Origin: Podarcis erhardii | Lineage: Eukaryota | Strand: one strand, 5' to 3' | DNA: 64,000 nt | NCBI GenBank assembly: GCA_964252035.1 | Contig: OZ176205.1 | In this document: positions 48,501 to 57,200 of the stretch, in pieces | How positions within the stretch are numbered: the first letter of the stretch is position 1 | How the letters are laid out: each line of letters begins with the position of its first letter | Notes under the pieces: generated by a model | The model's input: the letters and a program-made list of their open reading frames with translations, nothing else | The model's database searches: none | Told to the model about the DNA's origin: nothing | Made by a program: the position numbers and the translations under genes

Positions 48501-51500
48501 TTTATCCTTATTCATATTCACAAAAACTGCTAGATGTTTTCCTCACAAAAGATAAACAAAGTACAAAGAAACTACCGGTAGTTCTTGCTCTGGAGCTGAA
48601 GCTGAGTTTTTACAGAACACCTTCTGCTCAGACAACTTAAAATTCCCCAAGAAAAAGGACAAGGTCTACACACACTCTTGGCTGCAAAGTGCTCTCAAAT
48701 TAAATCAGTTTGAAGTGGTTTTCATTAAGATGGATTGAGTGTGGCATCGTGAGAAACACTTTATAAAATGTAGTGTTTTACTTAGTGATTAACTATATAC
48801 CAGTTGATGAAGCTCCCTAAATCCTTCGTAATCCGACCACTCCAATAAACATTTAATGAGCATATAAATTCAAAAAGCCTAGCAGAGGATTTAAACCTTC
48901 AATCTTGTTTTTATTTACTCTTCCAACTCAATTTCTCACTTCAAGTTAAGAATGCTATTGCTTCAAGCTCGTCTGTTGCCCTGGTAAAATTAAGTGCCCT
49001 CTGCAGCTCAGTTTAGAACATATGGTTTCAGATTTCAATTATTTTAGAAGTAAAGTATATATTTTAGAAATTGTACTTTAAAAAACATTACTACTTCCTA
49101 ATAACTACTCTTAAGGAAATCCTCCCATTTAGGAAATGAGTGAAATTAGGAAATAATGTAAAATTGTAAGAGAGTTTGATCCTTTTAAACTTGTTATTCA
49201 GTTACTTGATACATTGGCCTGGTTCAAGTGTCTCTGTGGTTTAATGTGAACAAAAAAGTCCCCACTTCACTGCTCTCCCACTCCTACTGGAGCATGTTGG
49301 GAGCGATTACCCACAAGCCTTGGCTTCTTATGTCATTTGAATCCAAGCTTGTGGTTTGTTTTTCTAACAACTCACCCTTATTGCCCATAGCCAAGGCGTT
49401 GTATCCAATACTGCTGCACCACTTGAGCAGCAGACTTCTAGTTGCGCAAGGGATGTTCCCCCTCCTCTCACCTGTGCATCATCAAAATCTACTCCAGAGA
49501 CCCTCCAGAGCAGATTTTGGGTATGTGTGGGGAAAGGCGGAAGGCCCTAGTCATGCAATCAGAACTTCACTCACATAGTATCGGATACAACACTTGTGTT
49601 GTTCTTGGCTTACCACTTGTAGTTTGAGGAAAACAACCACTAGGGCGCAAACAAGATGACAAGCCAAGGTTTATGTTTCGCCACTTCCAGCGTGGCATAG
49701 TTGGAAGTAGGGGCGAAAGTAAAGTAGGGATGTCTGACCAGCATGCATTGCTGCTTGTTCATGTTAAGCCACAGTTAAACATTAACTATGTTTCAATGTG
49801 ACATGCAAACATAACCAATTTTGGAACTAACTACTGCAATAGTTAATCAGTGTAGGAAGTGGCCAGAAAGGCATTTTAGACAGTATAGTATTAAAAATGT
49901 ACTTACATCTCTGGCTTTTCCATAGAAAGCCTCTTGAAAAGCAGCCTCTAATGATCCAATAAAAAATACTGGATGGCAGTCACCATATCTGTGTGAATAC
50001 CAAAAAGTTTCAATTAATTAAAAAAATATATTAAATGGGTTCCAGCACTTAAAATTTTTTTTTTTTTTTACAAAAACACAAAATAACTACATTTTCTAGG
50101 AAGCAATATTTTAAACATTTTATTTGCATTCAACACTTCAGGTCAACACACCACAATATATTTCAGGCATATACACACTTTTCATTTCTGTATAGATAAA
50201 ATTGTTATCTATCAAACTGAGAGCTACCAGGGCCAGAAATGCAACTCTGAGATACAGAAGACTGACACTGAGAGCAGTCTCAAGTAAATGACTTTGGCAT
50301 GCCTGAAATGTAAACGTTATCAATCTTATACTTAGCGTAAAACTTTAAGTTAAATGATAGAATGCCAGCTTTAAACAAATGATGCCACAAAAATCAATTT
50401 TTGTTCTTATTTGTTCATTTGTCTTCCAAGGGACAATGGGAAGACCTTCGCAGGAACAGGCCACTGTTGGTAGCATAAACAGAAACTTATAGAGGAAGGG
50501 AGGGAGGGGTTTCTAAATGACACAAATGGAGAGCTGCTCTCCATGAGGCATTTGCAGAGGTTTGTCCTTTGCTTGTTACCCAAAATTGCAGAAAGCATAA
50601 GTACTTCCTGCCACAACTCTGACCGTATGAAGTCGCTCAGAATAACAAAGCTTCAAAATCAAAACTCACAAGTTTGAGCCACTAAAGTTCCCATGGTAGA
50701 GCTAACTGCATGAAACTGCATTAGCTACAAGAACAATTTGTAGAGTACGGTAAATAGTATTAGTCTCCTCACCTTCCATAACTGCATTAAGTTTATTCAT
50801 AGCCATTCGACCCAGCCTCAGCTAACTACATTTCCTTCCCTTTCTTCCTAATCTGGAATCGGATGGAAAAATATTCTCAACAGGATGTTAAACTATCCCA
50901 CTGCTCACTGAAAGCAGAGAAATTCAAAAGGTAAAATAAGTCTTGTCCTTTTGAAGGTAGCTGGGCAATAGGAATATCGAAGAGAAGTGTGCAGAAATGG
51001 AAAACTTGCTCCTACAGGCAGCTGGATCCTACTCAAAAACCACCCTCTGAAATGCCTTCCACCAAAACCAACACTGTCAGTCTTGTAATGGCTGCTGGAG
51101 ATAGGCACCTAAGAACAGTTCTCAAAACCTGAGCTGCGTGGCTTAGGAAGCTGCCTTATGTGGAATGATACCATGGACTGGCAGTGGCTCTCTGAGGTTT
51201 CATTCCCATCTGTACCTGGAGATGCACAATACACATCAAGGAGGCTTAGTTTGGTCAGGATCGAGTATACGCTTTCAGAGTTAGCACAAAATACATTACT
51301 TATGGTAAGTGAGCCACCATAACTGCTAGAGCAGGCATTCCCAAACTCGGACCTCCAGATGTTTTGGGACTATAACTCCCATCATCCCTAGATAACAGGA
51401 CCAGTGGTCAGAGATGATGGGAATTGTAGTCCCAAAACATCTGGAGGGCCGAGTTTGGGGGTGCCTGCACTAGAGAGTCGTGAAAATTTATATCTCAGGC

Positions 51501-54296
51501 TTTTTAGACTCGTCTACCCGTATACTATCTGAAACCAAAGGGGCGCATTGGTTGCCAGACATGATTCCCCACCCCCCAGCTGTCGTACCCCACTAGGAGA
51601 GTCACACCCCCTTGTGCAGATTGCCATAATAAGGAAACAGGATATTAGAAAGAATATGAGTAGACCGACCCTACATTCAAACCATGCACATTTGGGAACC
51701 TTTCTCCTGCGTAAGATTGTGGCCTGTCCGTGGGGCACACAGAGGTCTGAGTATACCTAGCTCTAGATCACTGTTCCCTTTAGTCTTTCATTTTTCTGAA
51801 ATGTAGCCATTCAGCCATTCCATACCACACACATAAACTTATTAGATAATCTTTTTTTAAAAAATCCCATGGTGTATTACTTTATTTATTTATTTATTTA
51901 TTATTAAATTTGCAAAGCGCCCTATACCCGCAGGTTTCAGGGCAGTTCACAGGTTAAAATAGGAATATAAAACCACAAAATACATAACCAAAATAAAAAC
52001 AGAAAATACCCAGTAACACACACACCCCTCAAAAAAACCCCACATTTTTAAAGGGCATAGGTCGGATGTCAGTCAACCAAAGGCCTGGTTAAAAAGGAAT
52101 GTTTTTGCCTGATGGCTAAACGTATATAATGAAGGCGCCAGGCAAACCTCCCCAGGGAGAGCATTGCACAGACAGGGAGCTACTGCAGAAAAGGCCCATT
52201 CTGGACCTCTTGTGGAGGAGGCACACGAAGAAGGGCCTCAGGTTCATATGGAAAGAGGCAGTCCTCGAGGTATTGTGAAAAAATGCATATTGGAAACGTC
52301 AAAAGAATCTCACAATCGTGTGTGTTATGAATTAAATGTTTCAATAATTCCATCCTGAATGAGAGCTCTCTGCTGCAAAAAATCCACTGCAGGCTGTCTT
52401 ATGGTTTAGAGTAGCTGCGAACTTAGGAAGAATATGCAAAGGAGAAGTGTGTGGTTGGATATTTAGAGAAGCTAAACGATTTACAGTTGGGAGGCTCAAT
52501 GTGGAGAAGCAGGTTGCATTTTAAGTTTAAAAATAAATTTCCTAAAGAAATCTGACAACTTCGGGATTCAAATATCGTAAGATTCTTCTCACTTCCACAT
52601 TTTTCCTAAATGCTTTGTAAAAATATAAGTCACATTCATGAACCATAGATGCAGAAATTATGCACAATTACAAGTCTAACCTTGAAGAAAATTCTGCTGT
52701 GAATTGTAATAAGGCATCTCCTTCATTTTCAGCATTTTCTGGCACTAAAAGAAAGAAAGGAAAATAGTACATAGTATAGTATAGTATAGTATAGTATAGT
52801 ATAGTATAGTATAGTATAGTATAGTATAGTATAGTATGGTATAATATAATTATCCATAGAATAGTATTCATATTATATTTTTTGAAAACATTGCCTTTAC
52901 TATTTTCTTTAATTGTACATATACATTATTCAAATAACTTTTAATAACCCTTAATGAAAAGAACAGCAATAATATGGCCCTTTGGGCATATGGAATTTGT
53001 GAGCAGTTCTAGGAAGATGAAGATGATAAAAACAACGTATCGGTTTTTGCATATGACAGTATTATTATTGTAACAATAAAATTAGAATCTTATAAGCCAT
53101 CTTATAACTGTTGTTATACTATATTTCAGTGTTTTTTCTTTGAAATATTTTACACAAGTGTTTGTATAGCTTTTATTCTAGTTCTAGAATAACGATAAAT
53201 CTTAGTAATATTTCAAAGAAAAAAACACTGAAATATAGTAGGCATATAGATACAGCCCCAAAGTTAAGTTTTAAGTCTAAGAGAATTGATTTCTGGAGGC
53301 CTGAATCCAGAATTCATTTATACAGTCTTAATTTCTCAGGTCTTCCTTTTTAAGTCAGCTTTTTTTAAAAAAAAGAGTTTATCACTGGATGTTGAAATAC
53401 ATTTCTTGGAATATATCTCCAAGAAAACTATCTGGTGGAACCAAAAGGAACCAAAGTTTGCTTTCTTTCCTATTGCTCAACTGCTGTCAGTACATTGTTA
53501 CACTATTCACAGCATGAAGGATTGCATTACTTACTCATTGGAGATTTCCTCAATGCAGATGACGCCATTCCAAACATCTCTCCATCATCCACTCCAAATT
53601 CTGTGGCATCTTCAAAGTCATCTCCATCACTGTCACTAACCATATGTACATCTGTGCATTGCTAATTTAGTAAAAGCCATAGTTAAGAATAATGCAGAAC
53701 AGATTTATATTTATGATATAATACTGTTTCAATATTAGTAGTTTCCCATATACAACTATAAAGGCCATCCTGTTTGAAATTAAGAACCTTGGAGGAAATT
53801 CCCTATATATTTTGGCTTGAGAAAACTATTTTGTATAAATAGGATTGTAAATAGTGGGTGTGTTCATACAACATGATAGACTGTGGTTTGTTGTGATGGC
53901 ATGAGCCTAGTCTTCCCCTAGCTTTGTTGACTGCCTCCTTCAACCTAGCCAGGGAGAGTTTACACTTCCATATTTTTTTAGCTTGTCTTGTGATCCAAGC
54001 TCATCAAACTGTGGTTAATTTTAGCTATGGCTTGTTTGAAACAATCCGACTTCAGCATAGATTAGGCTATAGTAAAGTCAAACTGAGTTTTGTGGGCAGT
54101 AACCGGAATACAAATGTGGCTTTCAGCATAGCTTGAAGGAGTGTCTGAATATCATATATTGTGTGTGAGAAGGAAGAGGGAGGGAGGAGATTGTGTTTAC
54201 CTCTTCTGACTGTTCTCTGGTTTGTGCTGGTGAGGATCTTCTTCCAACTGTAAGTCGGTGGCAAGGATAAGAGACTCCCGATGCTGCTAGGGTCAC
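3326..54296 (-). CDS. FAF1: FAF1 (Fas-associated factor 1 / UBXN3A), partial multi-exon CDS: join of 10 exons, 1125 nt, 375 aa; gene continues beyond both window edges
   Basis: Manual splicing gives one open frame: VTLAASGVSYPCHRLTVGRRSSPAQTREQSEE-QCTDVHMVSDSDGDDFEDATEFGVDDGEMFGMASSALRKSPM-MPENAENEGDALLQFTAEFSSR-YGDCHPVFFIGSLEAAFQEAFYGKARD-RKLLAVYLHHDES...EANRAR-FLTMCTRHFGSVV...VLNVIQG-NTTVDELMMRLMAAMEIFGAQQQEDIKDE-DEREARE...ADRAK-REAQERE...EEERE-AIRLSLEQ...TFPRRD. This is recognisably vertebrate FAF1 (UAS, coiled coil, UBX). All splice junctions are GT-AG and the phases are compatible. Confidence 0.97.
4005..4355 (+). mobile_element. L2 LINE 3' fragment (ORF2 C-terminus + 3' UTR)
   Basis: Translates as ...SSSEGLLLVPSLREAKLQGTRQRAFSVVAPSLWNTL..., followed by the GTAAGCTGTCCAGAGTGGCTGGGG...GATGGGTGGGGTATGAATAATAAAATAATTATTAT tail typical of lizard L2. 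Confidence 0.8.
5325..5512. mobile_element. Two adjacent copies of a ~90-bp imperfectly palindromic interspersed repeat (MITE-like)
   Basis: GCAATCC/TAATCC-TATA...CTTACT...CATTGA..TCA.TGGG..TT motif, shared with copies at 7907, 12751, 22185, 24670, 29830 and 57950. Confidence 0.55.
6908..6985 (-). CDS. FAF1: FAF1 coding exon (exon 17 equivalent), 78 nt, phase 0/0
   Basis: Acceptor TCTGCAG|AGAGAA, donor GAA|GTGAGA. Encodes REAQEREIAEQFRLEQIKKEQEEERE (coiled coil). Confidence 0.95.
7409..7489 (-). CDS. FAF1: FAF1 coding exon (exon 16 equivalent), 81 nt, phase 0/0
   Basis: Acceptor ATACCAG|GATGAA, donor AAG|GTATGT. Encodes DEREARENVKREQDEAYRISLEADRAK (coiled coil). Confidence 0.95.
7545..7708 (-). 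mobile_element. MIR-like (CORE) SINE, internally deleted
   Basis: TTTATTCATTCATT tail, then CTCCTCCCCACACCCCTGCAATGTAGGTTAGGCAAAGAGACAGTGACTGG...CTCTAACCACTAGACCAC, resembling the reverse strand of MIR-like SINEs. Confidence 0.55.
7907..7997. mobile_element. ~90-bp palindromic MITE-like repeat
   Basis: TGATCCTATGCATGTTT...TTCAATGGATCTTACTCCCAAAGTAAGTATGCATTGGACAGTAGCC; same family as 5325 and 12751. Confidence 0.55.
9400..9470. mobile_element. Half of a short hAT MITE
   Basis: GGAGCTGGGGTCCCAACAACATCTGGAAGGCCACAGGTTAGCCACCACTG matches the right halves of the 20533 and 51332 elements. Confidence 0.5.
10450..10690 (+). mobile_element. Old L2 3' fragment
   Basis: ORF 10354..10572 ends in ...LWNSLPKEVHTTSSLLAFRK, an L2 ORF2 C-terminal motif, followed by a T-rich 3' UTR. 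Confidence 0.55.
10738..10879 (-). mobile_element. Degenerate Squam3-like tRNA-derived SINE
   Basis: AAGCTGCCTTATAC...GACCATT at one end and GAGTGATGGTCC at the other resemble the reverse-complemented Squam3 3' and 5' ends. Confidence 0.4.
11030..11250. mobile_element. Penelope-like element: 3' pseudo-LTR plus inverted copy; perfect 81-bp inverted repeat; 13-bp direct flanking repeat
   Basis: 11030-11110 is the exact reverse complement of 11136-11216 (25-nt loop). TTCTCTTCCATAA flanks it at 11017-11029 and 11251-11263. GTAGCACCTTAAAGACCAACT...GGTATGAGCTTTCG and GACCAACACGGCTACC are typical squamate Penelope pLTR motifs. Confidence 0.85.
11087..11128 (-). ncRNA. Minimal type-I hammerhead ribozyme motif in the Penelope pLTR
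   Basis: Minus strand reads GGUGUAU-CUGAAGA-A-GUGUGC-AU-GCACAC-GAAA-GC-UC^AUACC. It has the CUGANGA and GAAA core, a palindromic stem II, a GUAU/AUAC stem I, and an AGCU palindrome in place of helix III. Penelope pLTRs are known to carry such motifs. Confidence 0.65.
12751..12838. mobile_element. ~90-bp palindromic MITE-like repeat
   Basis: GTGCAATT...AGTAAGTCTC / GGGACTTACT...AATTGAGGCC internal inverted symmetry. Confidence 0.55.
14496..14531. repeat. 11-bp perfect inverted repeat plus 9-bp tandem repeat (CAGATAACT)
   Basis: CTGAGTTATCT-C-AGATAACTCAG-ATAACTCAGATAA read directly. Confidence 0.85.
14966..15103. mobile_element. Short non-autonomous hAT element
   Basis: Termini CAGCACTATTTTT / AAAAAAGCCCTG. 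8-bp flanks TCTGCTAT and CTTGCTAT (6/8 identical). Internal repeated GAGGTGC(T/C)GG.ACT motif. Confidence 0.7.
20533..20657. mobile_element. Short palindromic hAT MITE
   Basis: CAGGGGTGGAGAACCTTTGGCCCTTCAAATGTTG...CAACATCTGGAGGGCCAAAGCTTTCCCACACCTG, inverted along its length; TSD decayed. Confidence 0.7.
20962..21050 (-). CDS. FAF1: FAF1 coding exon (exon 15 equivalent), 89 nt, phase 1/0
   Basis: Acceptor TTGCTAG|GTAACA, donor GAG|GTGAGA. Encodes NTTVDELMMRLMAAMEIFGAQQQEDIKDE. Confidence 0.96.
22185..22330. mobile_element. Tandem or partial copies of the ~90-bp palindromic repeat
   Basis: ACCCTATATGTAGACTTACCTGG...CCCATTGA; AATCCTAAGAACACTTACT; AATCCTATGCATGTTTACTCA. Confidence 0.45.
22724..22860 (-). 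CDS. FAF1: FAF1 coding exon (exon 14 equivalent), 137 nt, phase 2/1
   Basis: Acceptor TTTCCAG|GTTTCT, donor CAAG|GTACCA. Encodes FLTMCTRHFGSVVAQTIRTQKTDQFPLFLIIMGKRSSNEVLNVIQ(G). Confidence 0.96.
23001..23041 (+). repeat. 20-bp direct tandem duplication TGTCAATATTCCCATTTATC
   Basis: Two exact copies separated by 1 nt; partial further copies to ~23072. Confidence 0.85.
24150..24400 (-). mobile_element. L2 3' fragment
   Basis: ORF 24237..24482 (-) contains GAFSVVTPQVWNSLP...FQSQLNMHFF, the L2 ORF2 C-terminus. Confidence 0.65.
24670..24760. mobile_element. ~90-bp palindromic MITE-like repeat
   Basis: TTGCAGTCATATACTCACACTTACTTGGAAGTAAGCCCAATTGAACTCAATGG... Confidence 0.5.
25542..25825. other. 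Assembly gap (284 N)
   Basis: Run of N. Confidence 0.99.
26568..26585 (+). repeat. (CAA)6 microsatellite
   Basis: Read directly. Confidence 0.85.
27080..27215 (+). mobile_element. L2-type 3' UTR tail
   Basis: T-rich tract, then GCTGCTCTGGGATCCTTTGGGAGAAAAAGCAGCATACAAATAAGTAAAATA. Confidence 0.45.
28189..28583. mobile_element. Solo LTR (395 bp)
   Basis: Starts TGTCA, ends TGACA. Perfect 5-bp TSD AAAGG at 28184-28188 and 28584-28588. GC-richer than the flanks. Confidence 0.75.
35254..35351 (+). mobile_element. Penelope pLTR fragment with hammerhead motif; exact reverse complement of 11030-11127 (98/98)
   Basis: GTGTATCTGAAGAAGTGTGCATGCACACGAAAGCTCATACCAAGAAC...TTTTGTTTTGA, compared base by base. 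Confidence 0.85.
36994..37148 (-). CDS. FAF1: FAF1 coding exon (exon 13 equivalent), 155 nt, phase 0/2
   Basis: Branch-like TGCTAAC, C-rich tract and TTTTTCAG|AGAAAG acceptor; donor CAAG|GTAAAT. Encodes RKLLAVYLHHDESVLTNVFCSQMLCAESIVSYLSQNFITWAWDMTKEANRA(R). Confidence 0.96.
39669..39824. other. Assembly gap (156 N)
   Basis: Run of N. Confidence 0.99.
41742..42390 (-). mobile_element. L2 reverse-transcriptase fragment (decayed)
   Basis: ORFs 42101..42394 and 41797..42069 (-): NTPFLEKVIERVVSQQLQVLLDETDYLDPFQSG...; CQQYAADTQLF (the YADD motif, mutated); KMEALWV. Confidence 0.85.
43214..43396 (-). mobile_element. Squam3-like tRNA-derived SINE
   Basis: Minus strand ...CATGTTCTGCATGCAGAAGATTCCCAGTTCAATCC (B-box-like)...GGGTTGGGAAATACTTCTACCTGAAACTG...CTAGGTGGACCTGG...CAGTATGAGGTAGCATC. 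Confidence 0.65.
44451..44784 (+). mobile_element. CR1 LINE 3' end
   Basis: ORF 44421..44702: AIFKYLKGCH...GRTQTNGFKLQERSFRLNIRKYFLTVRAIQQWNRLPWEVVESPSLEVFKQMLD; 3' end TTCTATGATT. Confidence 0.92.
45240..45950 (+). mobile_element. L2 RT C-terminal half to ORF2 end (decayed)
   Basis: Frameshifted LKLNP..ETLWV, RDSLA.V...LVTS.LDY, FKVLVL.FKAINGL and FSVVVPNL motifs. Confidence 0.8.
46816..47188. mobile_element. Non-autonomous hAT element nested in L1
   Basis: TIRs CAGTGTTCGAAACT / CAGTGTTAGAAACT. 8-bp TSD ATCTTAGC (46808-46815) / ATCTTAGT (47189-47196). Confidence 0.8.
47318..47672 (-). mobile_element. Full-length Sauria SINE (Squam1, lacertid type) nested in L1
   Basis: Sense strand GGGACGCGGG-TGGCGCTGTGG (A box)...GGTTCGAATCC (B box, 47599-47609)...CATGCTGGCCACATGACC...GGTCCCTTTAGCTTTACC. 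13-bp TSD GTTCTATATTATA at 47305-47317 and 47676-47688. Many CpGs are intact. Confidence 0.93.
47874..48197. mobile_element. Non-autonomous hAT element nested in L1, with an internal ~63-bp tandem duplication
   Basis: TIRs CAGGGGCCAGCAAAC / CATGGGTAGGCAAAC. 8-bp flanks ATATAATT / GTATAACT (6/8). CCCCACAAATA.CCCAGAG...CATGTAAAAACAC occurs twice. Confidence 0.82.
49217..49820. mobile_element. Old, long imperfect-palindrome MITE-like element (possibly PIF/Harbinger-type)
   Basis: Nested inverted segments AAGCCTTGGCTT / AAGCCAAGGTTT and TGGTTTGTTTTTCT / GGAAAACAACCA. Related fragments near 2560-2700 and 26700-27330. Confidence 0.4.
49907..49988 (-). CDS. FAF1: FAF1 coding exon (exon 12 equivalent), 82 nt, phase 2/0
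   Basis: Acceptor CACACAG|ATATGG, donor GAT|GTAAGT. Encodes YGDCHPVFFIGSLEAAFQEAFYGKARD (start of UAS domain). Confidence 0.95.
51145..51225 (-). mobile_element. Squam3-like SINE fragment
   Basis: TAGGAAGCTGCCTTAT...GACTGGCAGTGGCTCTC...GTACCTGGAGATGC. Confidence 0.5.
51332..51467. mobile_element. Palindromic hAT (Charlie-type) MITE
   Basis: TIRs CAGGCATTCCCAAACTCGG / CCGAGTTTGGGGGTGCCTG, symmetric inward to CCCATCATC/GATGATGGG. 8-bp flanks TGCTAGAG / CACTAGAG with a CTAG core. Confidence 0.85.
51881..52275 (-). mobile_element. L2 3' end
   Basis: (TTTA)n tail, then AAAGCGCCCTATACCCGCAGG...CAGGGCAGTTCAC. Reverse strand gives the AFSAVAP.LCNALP motif (GAGAGCATTGCACAGACAGGGAGCTACTGCAGAAAAGGCCC). 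Confidence 0.8.
52681..52744 (-). CDS. FAF1: FAF1 coding exon (exon 11 equivalent), 64 nt, phase 1/2
   Basis: Acceptor CTTTTAG|TGCCAG, donor CAAG|GTTAGA. Encodes (M)PENAENEGDALLQFTAEFSS(R), seen in ORF 52668..52871. Confidence 0.95.
52771..52835 (+). repeat. Perfect pentanucleotide microsatellite (ATAGT)13
   Basis: Read directly; begins 27 nt from the exon-11 boundary. Confidence 0.95.
53535..53661 (-). CDS. FAF1: FAF1 coding exon (exon 10 equivalent), 127 nt, phase 0/1
   Basis: Acceptor AAATTAG|CAATGC, donor ATGA|GTAAGT. Encodes the acidic linker QCTDVHMVSDSDGDDFEDATEFGVDDGEMFGMASSALRKSPM. Confidence 0.95.
54201..54296 (-). CDS. FAF1: FAF1 coding exon (human exon 9 equivalent), 96 nt, phase 0/0
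   Basis: Acceptor TTTAG|GTGACC (AG at 54297-54298), donor GAG|GTAAAC. Encodes VTLAASGVSYPCHRLTVGRRSSPAQTREQSEE. Not in the ORF track. Confidence 0.93.
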
Positions 54297-57200
54297 CTAA
54301 AACACAGGATACATTGCAGCATCAACTATCAGATTTGCATAAACATGTTTCTTTCAGTGACTAAAACCAAACTACAGTAGATTTGAATGAACTGGAATAA
54401 AAAGATTGGGAAATTTAGAATTTACCCACAAGGAACATTGTTATACAAAATGACGCTAGAAAAAAGGATGCAATACTTGAGATCATTCCACAATATCCTT
54501 TCTTGACAAGATTTATTTTCAACATATCATTTCATTTCAATCCTCAAACTTCTACATCATGGCAAACACTTAAAGCTACCTCATTATTGCTGTATAGCTG
54601 GTCGGCACTAAGCTCATGCACTTGACAAATTGGGGATCATTTACATTTCTTTTAACCAATAGCGGACAGGCAATGGGTAGGAAGAGGCCCTTACCACAGT
54701 TGTGGTGACTGAAGAAAGAAAACAAGGCAGCTCAAACACCATCCAGGTAAGGAGCCAAGATAGCACTGAAGACAACAGATGGTTGGAGTTAAAGTACAAA
54801 GCAGGTGACTGAGTAGGAGTGGGCAGTTCCCATTATTAAGGTAATCTGAATCAGTTTTAGACCTCAGATTCCCAAAATCATTAACAAAGAGTCTTTCTAG
54901 AAGAAGTCAGACTATGAAAACTGAGCCAACTTGGAAGAGGCCTGAGTTATCAAGAGGGAGCGAGGAATTGATAAGGGGCTAAGTAGGAACACTTAGAAGC
55001 TGTGGAAACCTGTACCAATATAGTAGACAGTACCTTGCAAACATGTCTAGTCACTGTAAAAAATGCTGCTGACAACATATTTCTTCCTTTAACACAGACT
55101 ATAGAGGTTTCCTTTGTGAAGGAAATATGTCATATGGATAAAGGACCAAAGGGTAACTCAATTGCGAATTTTGTGAATATGGCCTGATCTCAGAAAGTAG
55201 AGACTACTTTGCTATATTTTGTGCACTAAAAGGTTAAGGCAGTATTGAAAAATATGCATGTTACATTTAAATTGTCCAACAGTTGAGAGTTTTAAAATCT
55301 TTATTCGCTTTAGAAGAATAACAACAGAGTTACATCTACATTTCTCCCCCGCTCCATCAACTGACACAGAGCCTTCTTGATTAATAAGCAGCTATGCAAA
55401 CATGTCCTTGAAGGGTAAAAATACACATATTGTCAAAACTGAATAAGCAGTAACTGATGTGTATTTTCTATAACAATTTAAAATGTATTGGCTAAATGTC
55501 TGTATTTTAAAAAAAATGTGAAGGAAGTTCTACTTTCCAAGTCATTGTAGTGGCTAAAAAAGTCTTATCCAAAGCCTAGCAAGTATGCTAGAAATACTCT
55601 TATTTATTTTTATCCTCAAGTCAGGGTGTTTTTAATCACTTATGTGCTAGAATTCATAAAAGCCTTAATTTGCTTCAGGTTAAAGCAAGCTGATTAAGTG
55701 TGCTAGCTAACCAAGTGAGTGTTGACCTGCCTGGACTAGCCTGCTGCCACATTCTTGTAGCAAGGTTAAATAGCAGTTTAGTCACAATTTTAAAATCACA
55801 GAGTTAAAAGGAAATGACTCTTTTGGAATAAATGAAATATTAAAGCAGACATTCAGGTCAAGCTCAATTATCAGTGAAACTCTTTCATACATAAAACAGA
55901 ATCTACGCTTGCCTTTGTAATGCTGGCACTGCCATTTTATATCACATGCTTCATTCAGTATTGAACATAGTAGTGGGGAGGGGGAGTAACATCTGTATAT
56001 ACCTAAGCTCTCACTAAGGAGCGCACTAAAGGAAAGGTGACTAATGCCAAATAGAGGTTTGGTGGTAGCAAACGAACTAGATCCAAGGATCTCATGATAG
56101 ATGGCTTCCTCCCAATTAAAGCTGGATAAATGGGTTAGAATATTAGGTAAGGAAAGTCAGACATTGAGAACATGATGCTGGCCATTTGCTTTCTCATGTT
56201 CAATAATATTAAAACATAGCTCAGGGTGGGATTTTATATAGCTCAAAATCAATGAGAGATTTTCTTATCTAGCTAAGCATGTTGTAGAATTGGACGTGAG
56301 AAGGCCACCATACTGCTCTCTTAGGGGGAAATAATAAAAAATACTCTGTGTAAAACTAGATGCAAGATGGAAAAACAGGCTGCTGAAGAGGCCAGGGGCC
56401 ATCTTGGCTGAGAGTCCTGGAAGAACTGCTCCTTGCCTTGCTGGCCTTTCCCCCTTAGCCTTGGAGGGCAGGACCCTGACTGACTTCAGCTACAAAAGCT
56501 GAGGCTGCTGAAGAAGCGAGATACCATCTTAGCTGTCTTTTAGTGCTGACCCAGGTCATCAAGTCTGAGCTCCACAGCCACCATCAACCATCATTGGCAG
56601 GATTGGCAGCAATAGCAGCAGATATGCTCTATGCTCAACATTTTATTCTCTTTTTACTTTACCTTTTATATTAGACTTCCTTCAGCAATGTTTCCTATAT
56701 TAACATGGTGGGGGAGATATGCCAAGCCAAAGTGAACAAGAACATTAATAGGTCTGTGCTGTTAAATTCTTAAAGCTAGCAAACAGATTTGGGTTTCTAT
56801 GCTGGCATGACTAAAGGCAGCCATTAACTCTTGGCACTCAAAAAAGCAAGAAATTTCACTGAAATTATTTCAAAATTAACAAAAACATTTTGGGTATATT
56901 CTTAAACCCTTGATAACACCAGTAAAACTAGCACAACTAACAACCAATTAGTTTTATCTTTTCACAGGAAATGAACTATTTTCCTTTTGTATACAACACA
57001 TAATATGTCAGGCATTAAATCTTTTTTTTAAAAAAATTAAACACTAACTGGATGGTGGAAAAAAATCACAAGGGTGGAGTGTGTTCACGTTCCACTAGCA
57101 CCAATGCTTACTTTATCCCTTCATAAAGTGCTGCTGAGATAATTACTGCTGACAGATTTATTCAAGGTTCATTTCACTTTTTCTCTAGGTTTTTTTCTAG

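Noticed and set aside
51500-51770. CpG-containing segment with weak GTATACT/AGTATAC inverted ends
   Set aside because: The symmetry is too short and there is no TSD, so it cannot be classified or supported.
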